From assembly GCA_019828565.1 (NCBI GenBank), contig JAHDYR010000012.1:744001-808000 (forward strand): DNA of 64,000 nucleotides, given 5' to 3'. Shown here in pieces: positions 33,256 through 45,296 of this stretch (within the stretch, counting starts at the first letter, position 1; the number at the start of each line of letters is the position of its first letter). The stretch comes from Carpediemonas membranifera BICM (taxonomy: Eukaryota; Protista; Fornicata). A program made the translations under genes and the position numbers. The notes beneath the pieces are model-generated. The model was not told the origin of the DNA, ran no database searches, and saw nothing but the letters and a program-made list of their open reading frames with translations.

Positions 33256-33586
33256 GGACATGGTAAAGCAGTATTCTTTCAAGGAACAAGCAACATTTTC
33301 TTTATAATTCACAAGCCCTGGCTCCCACCCAGGGCCCGGCATTAGCTGAAATGCACTGCCGGTAGGCTGTAGCGGCAGCCAAAGGGGGGTCACGTCATAT
33401 CGTCCCCCTCCTAAGTACCCTGCCCGAAGAATGGAAGGTCACCAGGTGGTAACAAGGTTGGCCTGACAAGGGTCACCGAGACCGGCATCTAGGCCCCTTG
33501 TCAGGACAAGGATAGCAGGAGAGGAGCGGGAAGCTGGGGCTCCCAAATTCTGGGAATTCGCAGGATAAGGAAACAGGACAAAGGCA

Positions 33587-35078
33587 ATGGTAACCTACAA
33601 GATACTTAGTCTGAACACAGAGGGACACATAGGAAGAGGAAAGGACTTCACGGCGTCTATGGCAACGGCGATTCAGCTAAGGTTGAAGGACATAGAGGCA
33701 GTACTCATACAAGAGACATGGAGAACGGCGAATACGAGGGTTCATTGCTTCATGGACCTTGACTACGCACTAGCAGGGAGGGAGACGGAAGAGGACCTGG
33801 TCTTAGCCAACGAAAAACGAAAGGCGGATGTCAAAAGTCAGCACCGCATCAACCGACAACTAGGCATAGCAGGCAATGACGAACCTGCGCCAAGATGGAA
33901 GGGAACAAGGGAAGGCATCGGCACGATAGTGAGCCCACACGCAACTGCAAAGTGGGACATCGGCATAACGGACAGCCTATCGGGAAGAGTGCAAGCCAGC
34001 ATAATGAGAACCGGCAGGGACATACTAGTCATCAACGTGTATGGCCCTCCATCCGGCCACAGCAAGCAGGAGAAGGATGGATTCAGGGACACTATACAGA
34101 AGATCATGGACATGAAAGGGAGCATGGAGGCCATAATTATGGGAGACTGGAACATCGACCCAGGCCAGATGGAAAGATCCACCCGGTGGAAGGATATGAT
34201 GGAGAAGCACAGGCTCAAAGCCATCATACCCAAGTCTGGGACACTCACATCAGGAACATCAACCCCGGACTTTGCAGTGACAACACCAGGAATCCAGGGG
34301 GCGGAGATTGAGGTGGTAGAGTCTCAGAAGGTCGGGGTATGGGGCTCAGCACACAATGGAATCACACTAGCATGGAAGGAACAACGGTACTATGGCAGAA
34401 GTGAGCGAGACGTGGCTCTGGCCATACCCGAGGTGCACACCTGGCCCATGAAAAAGAAGGAGGGGCCAGTCACAGTCTCAAAGCTGAACAGGATCAAGAG
34501 CTCGGACCAATGGGAAGAGACTATAAGAGCATGCATGGGCGACCCAGTGAACAACAGGGGAGCAAAGGCAAGGGACAAAGTGTTCGGGAACGGAGTGTGG
34601 AGCGAACTCCAGCGAACCCCATGGACAGAAATAGGCAACAGGACCTATGAGAGCCATCACAGAGCTGGCCCAAGGCGCTGACCTGAAGAGAGAAATTAGC
34701 AGACTATGCCCCCTATGCTCGGAGGAGTCGGAGGTGAGCCTGTTCTACAGGATCATTAGGGAAAAGCCAGGACCAGCAAGGAAGCAGGAAATGATCAGGG
34801 AGTGGGCAGAGGGCCAGAGGCTAGGATCGGCAGCGCACATAATCTGTGAATGCCCGGCAGTAGACAGGGGAGAAGCTTGGACAAAGCTGTGGACAGCAGC
34901 GAAGCACAAAACTAAGGACTTGGAAGTAAGGCAGGGCCCCCAGGGCGAATGGTACCAGGAAAGACCCATCCTAGAATTACAGCAACTAATAATATGGGGC
35001 TCGGAGGACATTTGGGAAGGCCTCACGGCAGGACTACGGGAACTGGCAAAGGTTTACAACAGCTTCAAGGTGGAATAG
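33587..35078 (+). pseudogene. LINE-B ORF2: APE endonuclease plus out-of-frame C-terminal CCHC domain, RT deleted
   Basis: APE motifs in 33587..34681; CPLC...HIICEC in 34647..35078. Confidence 0.88.
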
Positions 35079-35990
35079 AAGCATGTCATGAACCCCTGAC
35101 TCCAGGACCGGGAAGGGATGGACAAGGAATCAGCCATGGACCACCCTCGCTGGTGCTAAGCTCCTGGGATCAGTGAGGAAAGGCCCCACGTATCCCGGTA
35201 GCCAGGAACCAAAGCAAGGGAAGGAACGACTGCAAGGAAATAACAGGAAGGACAGACCAGAAATAAGAAAGAAAGGACATGCGACAAGGACAGAGCAAGG
35301 ATAAGGTCAAGGAAATCCATATTCATATGGTTGCACCACTCGTTGGGACCCCAAGGAAACTGCAGGGACTGGCCACGGGGGTCGGAGGGGCACAGGTGCC
35401 CCTGCCGCCCTTGTTAACGACATGGGAAACCAAGGACATGTAGTGCAAGCGAAATGTTGTAAGGGGTAACAGGACAACCAGGCCTAGTGCCTGGGGGTAC
35501 ACCACCCATGCCCTGACCCACGCCACCTAACCGGGGTAGACAGCATGGACTTAGTCACTTTCCCCGCCTTCGGGTAGGCTTCTTAACAGAGTCGAGGGGG
35601 CATGGAATTGGGGAACCGGACAGACGAGAGGGTGCCGTGGCTGAACGGCTCTGCAAGGACTGCAGGGAAGCAAGGAGTGTCATAGTCAAGGTTCTGCAGG
35701 ACGATCCTGCCTGTCAATGCCCCGAGGACAGACCCCCAGGCTCCCCGGATAGTTGCCGGACTTTCAGGGAGACAGGAAAGCATATTTGCACGGAGATGGC
35801 CGCAGGGCCTCTGGGGCGATTGGAATCGGCTTTCCGCGGAGACAGTAGCACCGAAAGCCCAAGGCAAACGCTGCTGACCAGTTTGCCACGGGAAATAGGC
35901 AGTACCCCGGGGCACTCAGCTCCAAGACAACGGGAAACAAGCTCAGTCCGGGGTCAGAATCCAAGCACCATAAATTTCTTTCTTTCTTTC

Positions 35991-38295
35991 TGAGTAGCTC
36001 CAGGTCGGCCGGGCATAGGGAGAGTATCTCGATGCCTCTGGACACCGTCAGATAGGCGACTGCCCCAAAGAGACATGCCTGATATGACTCAAAGTCGTCA
36101 CTCCGGCGCCCCAGTGCCTCGATCATCTCAGCCTTGGTGATGGCGCGCGAGCCGCCGGTAGTTCCCGCCGTGCTGGCGCCCTTAGCCGCCTGCTTAACGA
36201 TGTACTTGGAGTTGGCGGGCGGATGCCAGTCTTTGAGGAACTCCTGTAGCTGAACAATCCAGTAGCCCTTCCTCGCCACGTTCGATGGCCCGCAGAAGGA
36301 GCCTTCGTCCTTGAGGAAGGCTACAAGCTGGTCTCGATCCGACAGGCTGCGATCGCGAGAGCCTTCGAACCTGGCCACCCAGCCGGCCACCGTCCGAGCA
36401 GACGCGTGATTAAGGTGAATCACTCTGTCCGACCTGAGGACTCTGTGGAAAACGTCCTGAACGCCATCACATTGAACCGTAGGCGTCCTCTGTCCTGTAG
36501 GTGAAGTAGGTGGGCCAGATCTGAGCTCGAAGCCGGGACGGAGAGACGGAGTTTCCAGGACGTCCAACTCTTGAGGAGTCTCATCTCCGGCGCTTGAACC
36601 TCTGGGTAGAGGAGAAAGACTGCTGAGGTCCAAGACCTCGGGTGTCCAGTCTGAGTCTGAACTCTCGCTGTCGCTATCTTCTGGACTATGGCTGCCATAG
36701 ACGAATTGGGGGCCCAGAGGACGCGACATCCAAGCCTTACGTCTACGTCCGCTGAGACTGTCTGGACTGGACCCCACTCCGCGAGGACAGATTCCATGCT
36801 GGACTCCAGAGAGGAAGGGAGTCGTGAGAAGCCTCTGGACAGCCGATCTGCTGCCAGGTTGATGATGCCCGGAGTGTGTAGTCCACGGAGTGTCAGGTTC
36901 CGGTCCTCCGCCTCCTTCTGGATCTGGGCTAGAATGTGCAGGGCCTGAGGTGGAGCCTTCGTAGACCCCGCCTTGTTGAGCCAGGCCAGAGCTGATGTGT
37001 TGTCTGAGAAGATCGATAGCTCGCGTTGGGAACTCTGTCTGCCGATCAGACGGATGCCCTGTAGGATTCCCGCGAGCTCCTTCACGTTGATAGATTCTGC
37101 TCTTAGTTCTGGAGTGAACGTGCCCGAGGCTGAGGTCCCATACTCGCCGTGCACGGCTGCTCCCCACTTGACTCCAGATGCGTCTGTCGATACGACGAGG
37201 TCTAAGGAGGGGTGAGCGCCCCAAAGCGACTGAAGTTCTCTGATGTCTCGGACTGGGCGCTCTCTTAGCAGTAGCAGCCACTCTTGCAGTAGCTCCTTGG
37301 AGAGTGGGTCCTGTTGAAGGTGTCTCAGCCGGAGGAAAGCCCCGTGGGCGGTTGTAGCGAAGTAAGTCAGTCTCCCGAGGATCTTGGCCCAAGTCTCCTG
37401 ATCGATGGTCTTGCCTGCCAGAGCCTGATGAATGTGAGAGGAGTAACGTTTGGCCTTGTCCGCCGGGAGGCGTATTGTAAAACTCGCGGAGTCTATCACG
37501 AGCCCCAGATAGACCAATGACTGAGTCGGTGCCCATTCTGACTTCTCCTCTGAGGTGAGGACACAGAGGTCGGCTAGAGTCCGCCTGATGCGCGGCACCG
37601 CCCTCCTCAGGATTTCTCGGTCGCGGTGAAATAAGAGGAAGTCGTCGAGGTAGACAACGATGGTAAGACCCGTCCGAAGGGCTAGTATCTTGGCGAGTTG
37701 GTTGGTGATCGTCTGAAACACGAACGGCGATGCGCGCCAGCCGAAGCCTAGCACTCTGTACTGAAACGCTCGTCCGTCTGGAAGATAGACTCCTAGCAGC
37801 TTGCGGTCCTCCTTCCGTACTGGTACTTGATGGTACCCGGACTTGAGGTCGAACTTGACCATCCAGTCGCCCCTCTGGAGAAGGGAGAGAGCTCTGCGCA
37901 GACCGTAGAGCCGGAAGGATGAGCGCTCTGCCGAGCAGTCGTTCAGTATCGTGAGGTTGTGAATGATCCTCTTCGACTCGCCCTTCGGCACAGTAAACAG
38001 CGAGGCGGTGTGTCGCAGGGAAGAGGGATTCACTTGCTCTATGACGCCTGTCTCTATCAAGGAAGGAATCTGCTGGACAATGAATGGGTCGACTGTCGGC
38101 TGTTGCCTTGGTGCTGGTGGTTGACTTCTCAGACGGATCTCGACCCCGTATCGTAACCAGTTGATCACCCGTTGTGATGCTCCCAACCTCTGCCACTCCC
38201 TCCACGCCGCGTTCATGCATGGAAAGAGGGTTAGGTGTGGGCTCTCTTGCCGGAGGATCCTGTCTGAGTGCGACCTCGGTCCTGAGCGCGGCCAC
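35991..38295 (-). pseudogene. DIRS-B tyrosine recombinase frame, truncated after the first catalytic Arg
   Basis: AGWVARF, RKGYWI and LTVSRGIEI align with the DIRS-A YR; the frame overlaps the whole RT ORF. Confidence 0.82.
36420..38216 (-). CDS. DIRS-B RT-RNaseH (with reduced MT-like tail), intact ORF
   Basis: KFDLKSGYHQ, LGFGW, YLDD, STDAS, INVKEL, SDN, ADRLSR. Confidence 0.93.
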   Translation of the reverse strand: MNAAWREWQRLGASQRVINWLRYGVEIRLRSQPPAPRQQPTVDPFIVQQIPSLIETGVIEQVNPSSLRHTASLFTVPKGESKRIIHNLTILNDCSAERSSFRLYGLRRALSLLQRGDWMVKFDLKSGYHQVPVRKEDRKLLGVYLPDGRAFQYRVLGFGWRASPFVFQTITNQLAKILALRTGLTIVVYLDDFLLFHRDREILRRAVPRIRRTLADLCVLTSEEKSEWAPTQSLVYLGLVIDSASFTIRLPADKAKRYSSHIHQALAGKTIDQETWAKILGRLTYFATTAHGAFLRLRHLQQDPLSKELLQEWLLLLRERPVRDIRELQSLWGAHPSLDLVVSTDASGVKWGAAVHGEYGTSASGTFTPELRAESINVKELAGILQGIRLIGRQSSQRELSIFSDNTSALAWLNKAGSTKAPPQALHILAQIQKEAEDRNLTLRGLHTPGIINLAADRLSRGFSRLPSSLESSMESVLAEWGPVQTVSADVDVRLGCRVLWAPNSSMAAIVQKIATARVQTQTGHPRSWTSAVFLLYPEVQAPEMRLLKSWTSWKLRLSVPASSSDLAHLLHLQDRGRLRFNVMAFRTFSTESSGRTE

Positions 38296-38713
38296 CGCGG
38301 CGAAAATTAGCGTCGCGCTTATCGCCCTTAGACTTGGCGCGGGCCGCCAGTTCCAGGACCTCGTCGCGATCAGGCACGCCCTTCGCCTTGCAATAGTTCT
38401 CGAACCGCTCTGCAGTAGCGTCAGTGTACACGTCCTTGATTAGAAGGTACTGGATTCTTGCAAAGAGAATGTTCCCGATCTCCTTCATCTTTGCGCCGTT
38501 CTCGATCCTATTCATGGTCTTGTATACGAATCTGGCCTCATCTTCGAGGCCGAACCTCTTTGGCATCTCCAGGAACAGTGGACGGCGAGCTGCTTCTGCT
38601 TGCTGCTCCAAAATTGCTTCCGATTGTATCTTAACCAAGCGCTCCAGCTTCTCGATACGCTTGTTAAGCTCATCGGGACTGTCTTGCGGCGGCAGGTCTT
38701 CGTTATCAGACAT
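38231..38713 (-). CDS. DIRS-B gag-like ORF
   Basis: ATG directly after repeat A1; AARAKSKGDKRD resembles DIRS-A AAKARAKGKRKD. Confidence 0.75.
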   Translation of the reverse strand: MSDNEDLPPQDSPDELNKRIEKLERLVKIQSEAILEQQAEAARRPLFLEMPKRFGLEDEARFVYKTMNRIENGAKMKEIGNILFARIQYLLIKDVYTDATAERFENYCKAKGVPDRDEVLELAARAKSKGDKRDANFRRGGRAQDRGRTQTGSSGKRAHT

Positions 38714-39346
38714 CCTGCCGATGCGTTTCGAAGTGTGACCTAAAGTGCACATTGATCGGCGCGCGCAGGTGCCAGTGATGGTCCTGTGACAGGAATTTAC
38801 CTGCCATAGCCAGGCTTTCACAGCTAGCTGTCCTAGCCTCTAGACATACTTGCTCTACCCAACGGGGGGGGCGATCGTTTATTAAAGAAGAGAGCTAGTG
38901 TAAACGATCAGGGGACTCCGGCCAGCTTACCTACTGGGCGGATATACCGGTCTTGACCAGTATCGTGCCGTCGGATCTGGATGTTCCGAATTTTCTACCA
39001 TTCTGCCCGCATAAACTGCGCGGCTCGCCTGGTCGGCGCATCACCATGCCGGAGCGAGGCGATCTCATTGCCCTCCGCTCACGGCCCGTTACCCGAGGTA
39101 ACCTGTCAGCGCGATGTAACGCCAGCTAGCTGTCCTAGCCTCTAGACATACTTGCTCTACCCAACGGGGATATCCCACCGGCAACGAGCATAGTGGAATG
39201 GCTTGCAGGCACGCTTGCGAGCCCAAACCGACCGTCTCCTCGAGAGACCGCGTCAAAGAATGTCTGTTGTGGCTTACATCTGCCGTTGTAACGCGTGTCA
39301 GCCCCACCCTACCTAGCTCTCCCAGCCACTAGCTCCCGTCAGAGAT

Positions 39347-40280
39347 TTAAAGTGGTGGTTGGAGAAGGATGGAGGCCAGGTGTCCCTGGACCCCCGGGTG
39401 TGTGCGGACCCCGTTGCCCATATATCTCAGCATGCTTTTCGTGGAGGCCCACGTCCCCATGGACAGGAGGACTTCGGTACTCGTGTGGGCTACCGCCAAC
39501 TCCGTGGTGGCGCCCTTGCGGAATGAGTGCCACGAAATGTCGGTGCCGTACGCCTGGTGGATCCAGTGGCGGAGGGTTGACGCCGGTAGCGGCTTCGATA
39601 GTGAAATACCACCGGTTGAGGTGATCGCCCGCCAGATGAGGTCGTCGTCGCGGCGCGTTGCCGTGGGGACCCATGCCTTCAGGGCCCTTGCTGGGTTAAA
39701 GCGGGCCCACGATTGGTTTGGTACCAGCTTGCGGACGCCTGTGGCAGTCTTAGTTCTCGCGAACAGAAGGAGGGCATTGCCATCAGCGTCGAACTCGACG
39801 TCTCTTCGTCTGAGCCCAAAGATCTCTGCGCCTCTACTCACGGTGATAAAGCAGAGAGCAGAAAAGAGGGCGGCCTGGAAGGCTTGGGGTGACTTCCGAC
39901 GTCTGTCTATGACCCTGCGGACTCTCGCGGACGTGACAGGCTTCGCACCCCCGGTCAGGCCTTCTACAGAGGCGACGTTCCGGGTGGCGGCGATTATCTG
40001 CTTGGCAGCGATCGGGGGCGCCAGTCAGACACGAGTGGGGCGGCCTCGCAAATCCAGTAGCCTTTCCTGTGTATCGACTGTGGGCCCGACGTGGTACCCT
40101 CGGTCAGAAGGAACTCTTTGAGCTGTTGCGCGTGTGAGTGGCTCGCGTTGCGGGATTGGAGGAATTTGGCGACCCAGCCCGCTGCTGTGCGGCGCGACGA
40201 TTCGTTTCTGAAATGTGATAGTCGGTCGTCAGCGAGGAGGGCTTGGAACGGGTCCTCAGGATAAGCGCCACGAAGCGGAT
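39347..40280 (-). pseudogene. DIRS-A tyrosine recombinase copy 2 (apparent frameshift near 40016)
   Basis: Same sequence as the other copies, with a G run one base shorter. Confidence 0.8.
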
Positions 40281-41901
40281 CTTGCCCTTGTCTGTCGCTG
40301 TCCAGGCTAGCTCGGACTGCAGGAGGTGTTTCGCCTGGACTCTGAGGTACAACTTGAGGGGTGTCAAACGTTTGATGGCTCGGACCTCGGGCGAGTTGAG
40401 GTCCGGGCACAGGACTATCGCCGCTGATCTCCAGTGTCGAGGGTTCCCAGTCTGGGTCGAGGCGCGTATTGTCTGGAGGCGACGACACGTCACTCCAAGA
40501 AGGGCTATAGGAGGAGCTATATAAATCCTGACTCCCCTCCAGTCCATCTGGAAGCCGTTGTCGTGGATTGACCAGGCTATTTCTGCAAAAGCCTGGTAAG
40601 GCCAGAACCTTGTCGGGGCGTGCTGTGACGTCGATCTCGACCGGCCCCCACTTGCGCATGATGGTTTCCAAGACTTCTCGGGGTGACGACCAGTCGAGCT
40701 TGGCGAACCTGGAGAGCCTGTCCGCCTGGACATTCAGGTGTCCGGCAATATGGAAGCAGTGGACGTCGAGGCGCTTGGTTTCTGCCGTGTTGTAGATGTC
40801 CTGTAGGATCTGGTGTGCGGCTGGGGGAGGTTCGGCGATCCCCGTCTGTTTACCCAGCTGATGGCAGCTGAGTTGTCGGCAAAGACTGTGAGAGAGGAGC
40901 GTGACTCCTGCTGGGGCACGAGATTGATCGCCTGAGCGATCGCGAAGAGCTCCTTGACGCCAATGTGTTCCCCCTTGAGATGAGGGGGAAGGCACCCTGT
41001 GATGCCGCTCCCTTCTCCCCATTGAACAGGCATGCTCCCCAGCCGGACGTTGATGCGTCTGAGGTGACAGAAATCTGGAGCGTATCGCGTATTTCCCAGT
41101 CCGCTCTTGCTTCGGCGAACCTCTTGGGTGGGCGATCGCGGAGGAGGACTTGCCACGCCGCCAGCTGTGTAGTCCGTTAGGGACAAGAAAGCTTTACAGG
41201 GAAAAGAGACGACACCAAATGTGTCGACAGAAACCTGAAGACGATGTAAATAATACAACTATGTAAATATTGGGTAAGACCCACGACACCGCCCCTCCAT
41301 GGACCCCAAAGGGGCCATGGCCTCAGGCGTATGCCACTCGAACGAATGTGCGATGAGGGACTTGACCAGTCCCGAGACCTCCGATGCCACTCATTGGTCT
41401 ACGAGACTCTGTACCATGGCAGGGTACAGGGTGAATGCCTTGTTCAAGTCGGGAGCCAGAATTAGCGGGGTGAATCTGAAAGATTCGGAAAATATCTGCG
41501 GATCTCAAAATCCTATCGTGGTACCACTTGTTAGCGCGCTGTGTAATTAGAATGATCTTACGTGAGGCATTCCGCCCCTCCACGGTCGTAAAACGGCCGT
41601 TTGAATATTGATTAGATCAAATGAGCGCCTAAAACTGCTCACTGTGATGATCTTTGTGTTTCTCTTGGTATGTACTTCACGTCGCCGTCCTTATTTTTTT
41701 TTATTATTACATAGAGATCGAAAAACGTCATTAGAAGCCTCAATTCGGCTTCGTTCGCGAGTTCTCGCGTTTTTTGCTCTCGACGGTGCGACGTTCTCTC
41801 TCGCGGCTGCAAAAGGCCGCGTTCATCCTTAATAACATCAATCGGGCTTGAATTAGCCGTAAAACAGTGTCTTTCAGGTTCCATTGAGGTTGGTTGCTAC
41901 T

Positions 41902-43951
41902 CAAAACAGGACAAAGGCAATGGTAACCTACAAGATACTTAGTCTGAACACAGAGGGACACATAGGAAGAGGAAAGGACTTCACGGCGTCTATGGCAACG
42001 GCGATTCAGCTAAGGTTGAAGGACATAGAGGCAGTACTCATACAAGAGACATGGAGAACGGCGAATACGAGGGTTCATTGCTTCATGGACCTTGACTACG
42101 CACTAGCAGGGAGGGAGACGGAAGAGGACCTGGTCTTAGCCAACGAAAAACGAAAGGCGGATGTCAAAAGTCAGCACCGCATCAACCGACAACTAGGCAT
42201 AGCAGGCAATGACGAACCTGCGCCAAGATGGAAGGGAACAAGGGAAGGCATCGGCACGATAGTGAGCCCACACGCAACTGCAAAGTGGGACATCGGCATA
42301 TCGGACAGCCTATCGGGAAGAGTGCAAGCCAGCATAATGAGAACCGGCAGGGACATACTAGTCATCAACGTGTATGGCCCTCCATCCGGCCACAGCAAGC
42401 AGGAGAAGGATGGATTCAGGGACACTATACAGAAGATCATGGACATGAAAGGGAGCATGGAGGCCATAATTATGGGAGACTGGAACATCGACCCAGGCCA
42501 GATGGAAAGATCCACCCGGTGGAAGGATATGATGGAGAAGCACAGGCTCAAAGCCATCATACCCAAGTCTGGGACACTCACATCAGGAACATCAACCCCG
42601 GACTTTGCAGTGACAACACCAGGAATCCAGGGGGCGGAGATTGAGGTGGTAGAGTCTCAGAAGGTCGGGGTATGGGGCTCAGCACACAATGGAATCACAC
42701 TAGCATGGAAGGAACAACGGTACTATGGCAGAAGTGAGCGAGACGTGGCTCTGGCCATACCCGAGGTGCACACCTGGCCCATGAAAAAGAAGGAGGGGCC
42801 AGTCACAGTCTCAAAGCTGAACAGGATCAAGAGCTCGGACCAATGGGAAGAGACTATAAGAGCATGCATGGGCGACCCAGTGAACAACAGGGGAGCAAAG
42901 GCAAGGGACAAAGTGTTCGGGAACGGAGTGTGGAGCGAACTCCAGCGAACCCCATGGACAGAAATAGACATTTGGGAAGGCCTCACGGCAGGACTACGGG
43001 AACTGGCAAAGGTTTACAACAGCTTCTAGGTGGAATAGAAGCATGTCATGAACCCCTGACTCCAGGACCGGGAAGGGATGGACAAGGAATCAGCCATGGA
43101 CCACCCTCGCTGGGTGCTAAGCTCCTGGGATCAGTGAGGAAAGGCCCCACGTATCCCGATAGCCAGGAACCAAAGCAAGGGAAGGAACGACTGCAAGGAA
43201 TTAACAGGAAGGACAGACCAGAAATAAGAAAGAAAGGACATGCAACAAGGACAGAGCAAGGATAAGGTCAAGGAAATCCATATTCATATGGTTGCACCAC
43301 TCGTTGGGACCCCAAGGAAACTGCAGGGACTGGCCACGGGGGTCGGAGGGGCACAGGTGCCCCTGCCGCCCTTGTTAACGACATGGGAAACCAAGGACAT
43401 GTAGTGCAAGCGAAATGTTGTAAGGGGTAACAGGACAACCAGGCCTAGTGCCTGGGGGTACACCACCCATGCCCTGACCCACGCCACCTAACCGGGGTAG
43501 ACAGCATGGACTTAGTCACTTTCCCCGCCTTCGGGTAGGCTTCTTAACAGAGTCGAGGGGGCATGGAATTGGGGAACCGGACAGACGAGAGGGTGCCGTG
43601 GCTGAACGGCTCTACAAGGACTGCAGGGAAGCAAGGAGTGTCATAGTCAAGGTTCTGCAGGACGATCCTGCCTGTCAATGCCCCGAGGACAGACCCCCAG
43701 GCTCCCCGGATAGTTGCCGGACTTTCAGGGAGACAGGAAAGCATATTTGCACGGAGATGGCCGCAGGGCCTCTGGGGCGATTGGAATCGGCTTTCCGCGG
43801 AGACAGTAGCACCGAAAGCCCAAGGCAAACGCTGCTGACCAGTTTGCCACGGGAAATAGGCAGTACCCCGGGGCACTCAGCTCCAAGACAACGGGAAACA
43901 AGCTCAGTCCGGGGTCAGAATCCAAGCACCATAAATTTCTTTCTTTCTTTC
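41902..43951 (+). mobile_element. LINE-B copy 3: 5'-truncated, RT-less
   Basis: 14-bp TSD GGTTGGTTGCTACT (41888-41901, 43952-43965), (TTTC)4 tail, APE ORF 41920-43029. Confidence 0.94.
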
Positions 43952-44015
43952 GGTTGGTTGCTACTTCTTTCGAGTTGTTGTTTTCTCAGTGAAAACGGGA
44001 AGTGACGAACGAGCA

Positions 44016-45263
44016 ATGTCCGACGTACGTGAGCAGATTACGCAGATGCTGGCGCTATTTGATGAGGAGAAAGCCCGAAAGGCCTTCAAACGCTTCTTGA
44101 ACCGCTATCTCGATCGTGCCCGTTTTTTCAACTCAGCCAGCGACTACCACGCTTTGTTCAGCGCACCTGCTCCTACAAACGTGACATCTATCCGGGACAC
44201 CTCTACTGAGAGCGTTACGAGTGCTCCGGTCACTTCTTGTGTGCGTTCGCCGACGCCGGGCGGTGACGAAAGCCCGGAGGAGGCTGAGACGGTGAGTTGT
44301 GATGCTGGCTCTCCACGTGAGAACCGTGGTGACTCGTGCGAGGCCGAGACCGCTCGTAGCGATGATGAATCCCGGCCGACGGGTCACGGCGACTCGGGGT
44401 CGGGGAGTGAGGAAACCGAGGTCTCGCCGCTCTTCTCTCTGGAGGAGATGATCACCGCTGTTGCCGCAGAGGGCGTGAGTTACATCACTCTAGACATGTC
44501 TGGTACCTTGCGGGCGCTCCGCGCCGGGATGCTCAACTCATATGGGCATCTCGCCGCAACGGAGAACTCTTCTTCCGTTGCGCGTGACATCTGTCGCGAT
44601 GGTCTCGTGTTGCTGGCGCTATCGCGCGAGTACCACACTCGGGCTATGTGTGGTCGGCCTGGCGATCCCACCGATCAGGATCTGGTGGCTTTGCACCTCT
44701 GCCGCCTCGACGCGACCTCGCGTACGCTCTGTCATCAGGGTTTGCGCGAGCGTATTCAGCTTCTCTCGGGGCGTGGTTACACCGTCATGACCCCTCATCT
44801 GCGCCGCGCCATAATGTTAGGTAATGACCCAGACCTGTATGACATGATGGTCGTGGGCCATGCGCAGGGCATCCTAGACGCTGCTGACGTGCGAGAGTTC
44901 AGCCGCCAATACATTGAAGCAATCCGGACCCCCACTGGTTTCGGTCATGTGCGCCACTCTTTGATGGACAACTTCCTGTTCGATGTCCCCAGCAATGACG
45001 TCCTGCCCGTCGCGCTCGATCATAACGAGCCACGTCGTGTGTATGTGCTTGAGGCAATCGTTGGCCACCATCTGCATGAGAATTCCCTGCGTCTGCTCGT
45101 GCACTATGCTCGACGCGAGTACAGCTCGATTATCCTGGCAACCGAGGCAATCCGTGATAGTCAGGCTGGGGTCAAGTTCTTTGCTGCTCATCCCGAGCTA
45201 GTTCGCTATTGTACCCGGTCTGAGGACGCGAACGGTGCTCTCAGCGGGGGTGTTTTGGAGTGA
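44016..45263 (+). CDS. Antisense cargo ORF of Gypsy-1, 415 aa, unknown function
   Basis: Long ATG-initiated ORF inside the LTRs with no long ORF on the opposite strand; convergent with pol. Confidence 0.75.
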   Translation: MSDVREQITQMLALFDEEKARKAFKRFLNRYLDRARFFNSASDYHALFSAPAPTNVTSIRDTSTESVTSAPVTSCVRSPTPGGDESPEEAETVSCDAGSPRENRGDSCEAETARSDDESRPTGHGDSGSGSEETEVSPLFSLEEMITAVAAEGVSYITLDMSGTLRALRAGMLNSYGHLAATENSSSVARDICRDGLVLLALSREYHTRAMCGRPGDPTDQDLVALHLCRLDATSRTLCHQGLRERIQLLSGRGYTVMTPHLRRAIMLGNDPDLYDMMVVGHAQGILDAADVREFSRQYIEAIRTPTGFGHVRHSLMDNFLFDVPSNDVLPVALDHNEPRRVYVLEAIVGHHLHENSLRLLVHYARREYSSIILATEAIRDSQAGVKFFAAHPELVRYCTRSEDANGALSGGVLE

Positions 45264-45296
45264 GATAAAGGTTTGGATTGAGTAGCTGCTGAAGGT

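Larger units (their letters stand above)
29279..35990 (+). mobile_element. LINE-B copy 2: RT-less, retains the CCHC C-terminal region, no TSD
   Basis: Inverted near-copy of 16319-22644 with about 370 bp extra at ~34635-35006; (TTTC)4 tail. Confidence 0.93.
35991..38794 (-). mobile_element. DIRS-B: second PAT-like family, 3'-truncated within the YR at the LINE-B tail
   Basis: gag, RT/RH and YR N-terminal half homologous at protein level to DIRS-A; 5' repeat at 38714-38794. Confidence 0.9.
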
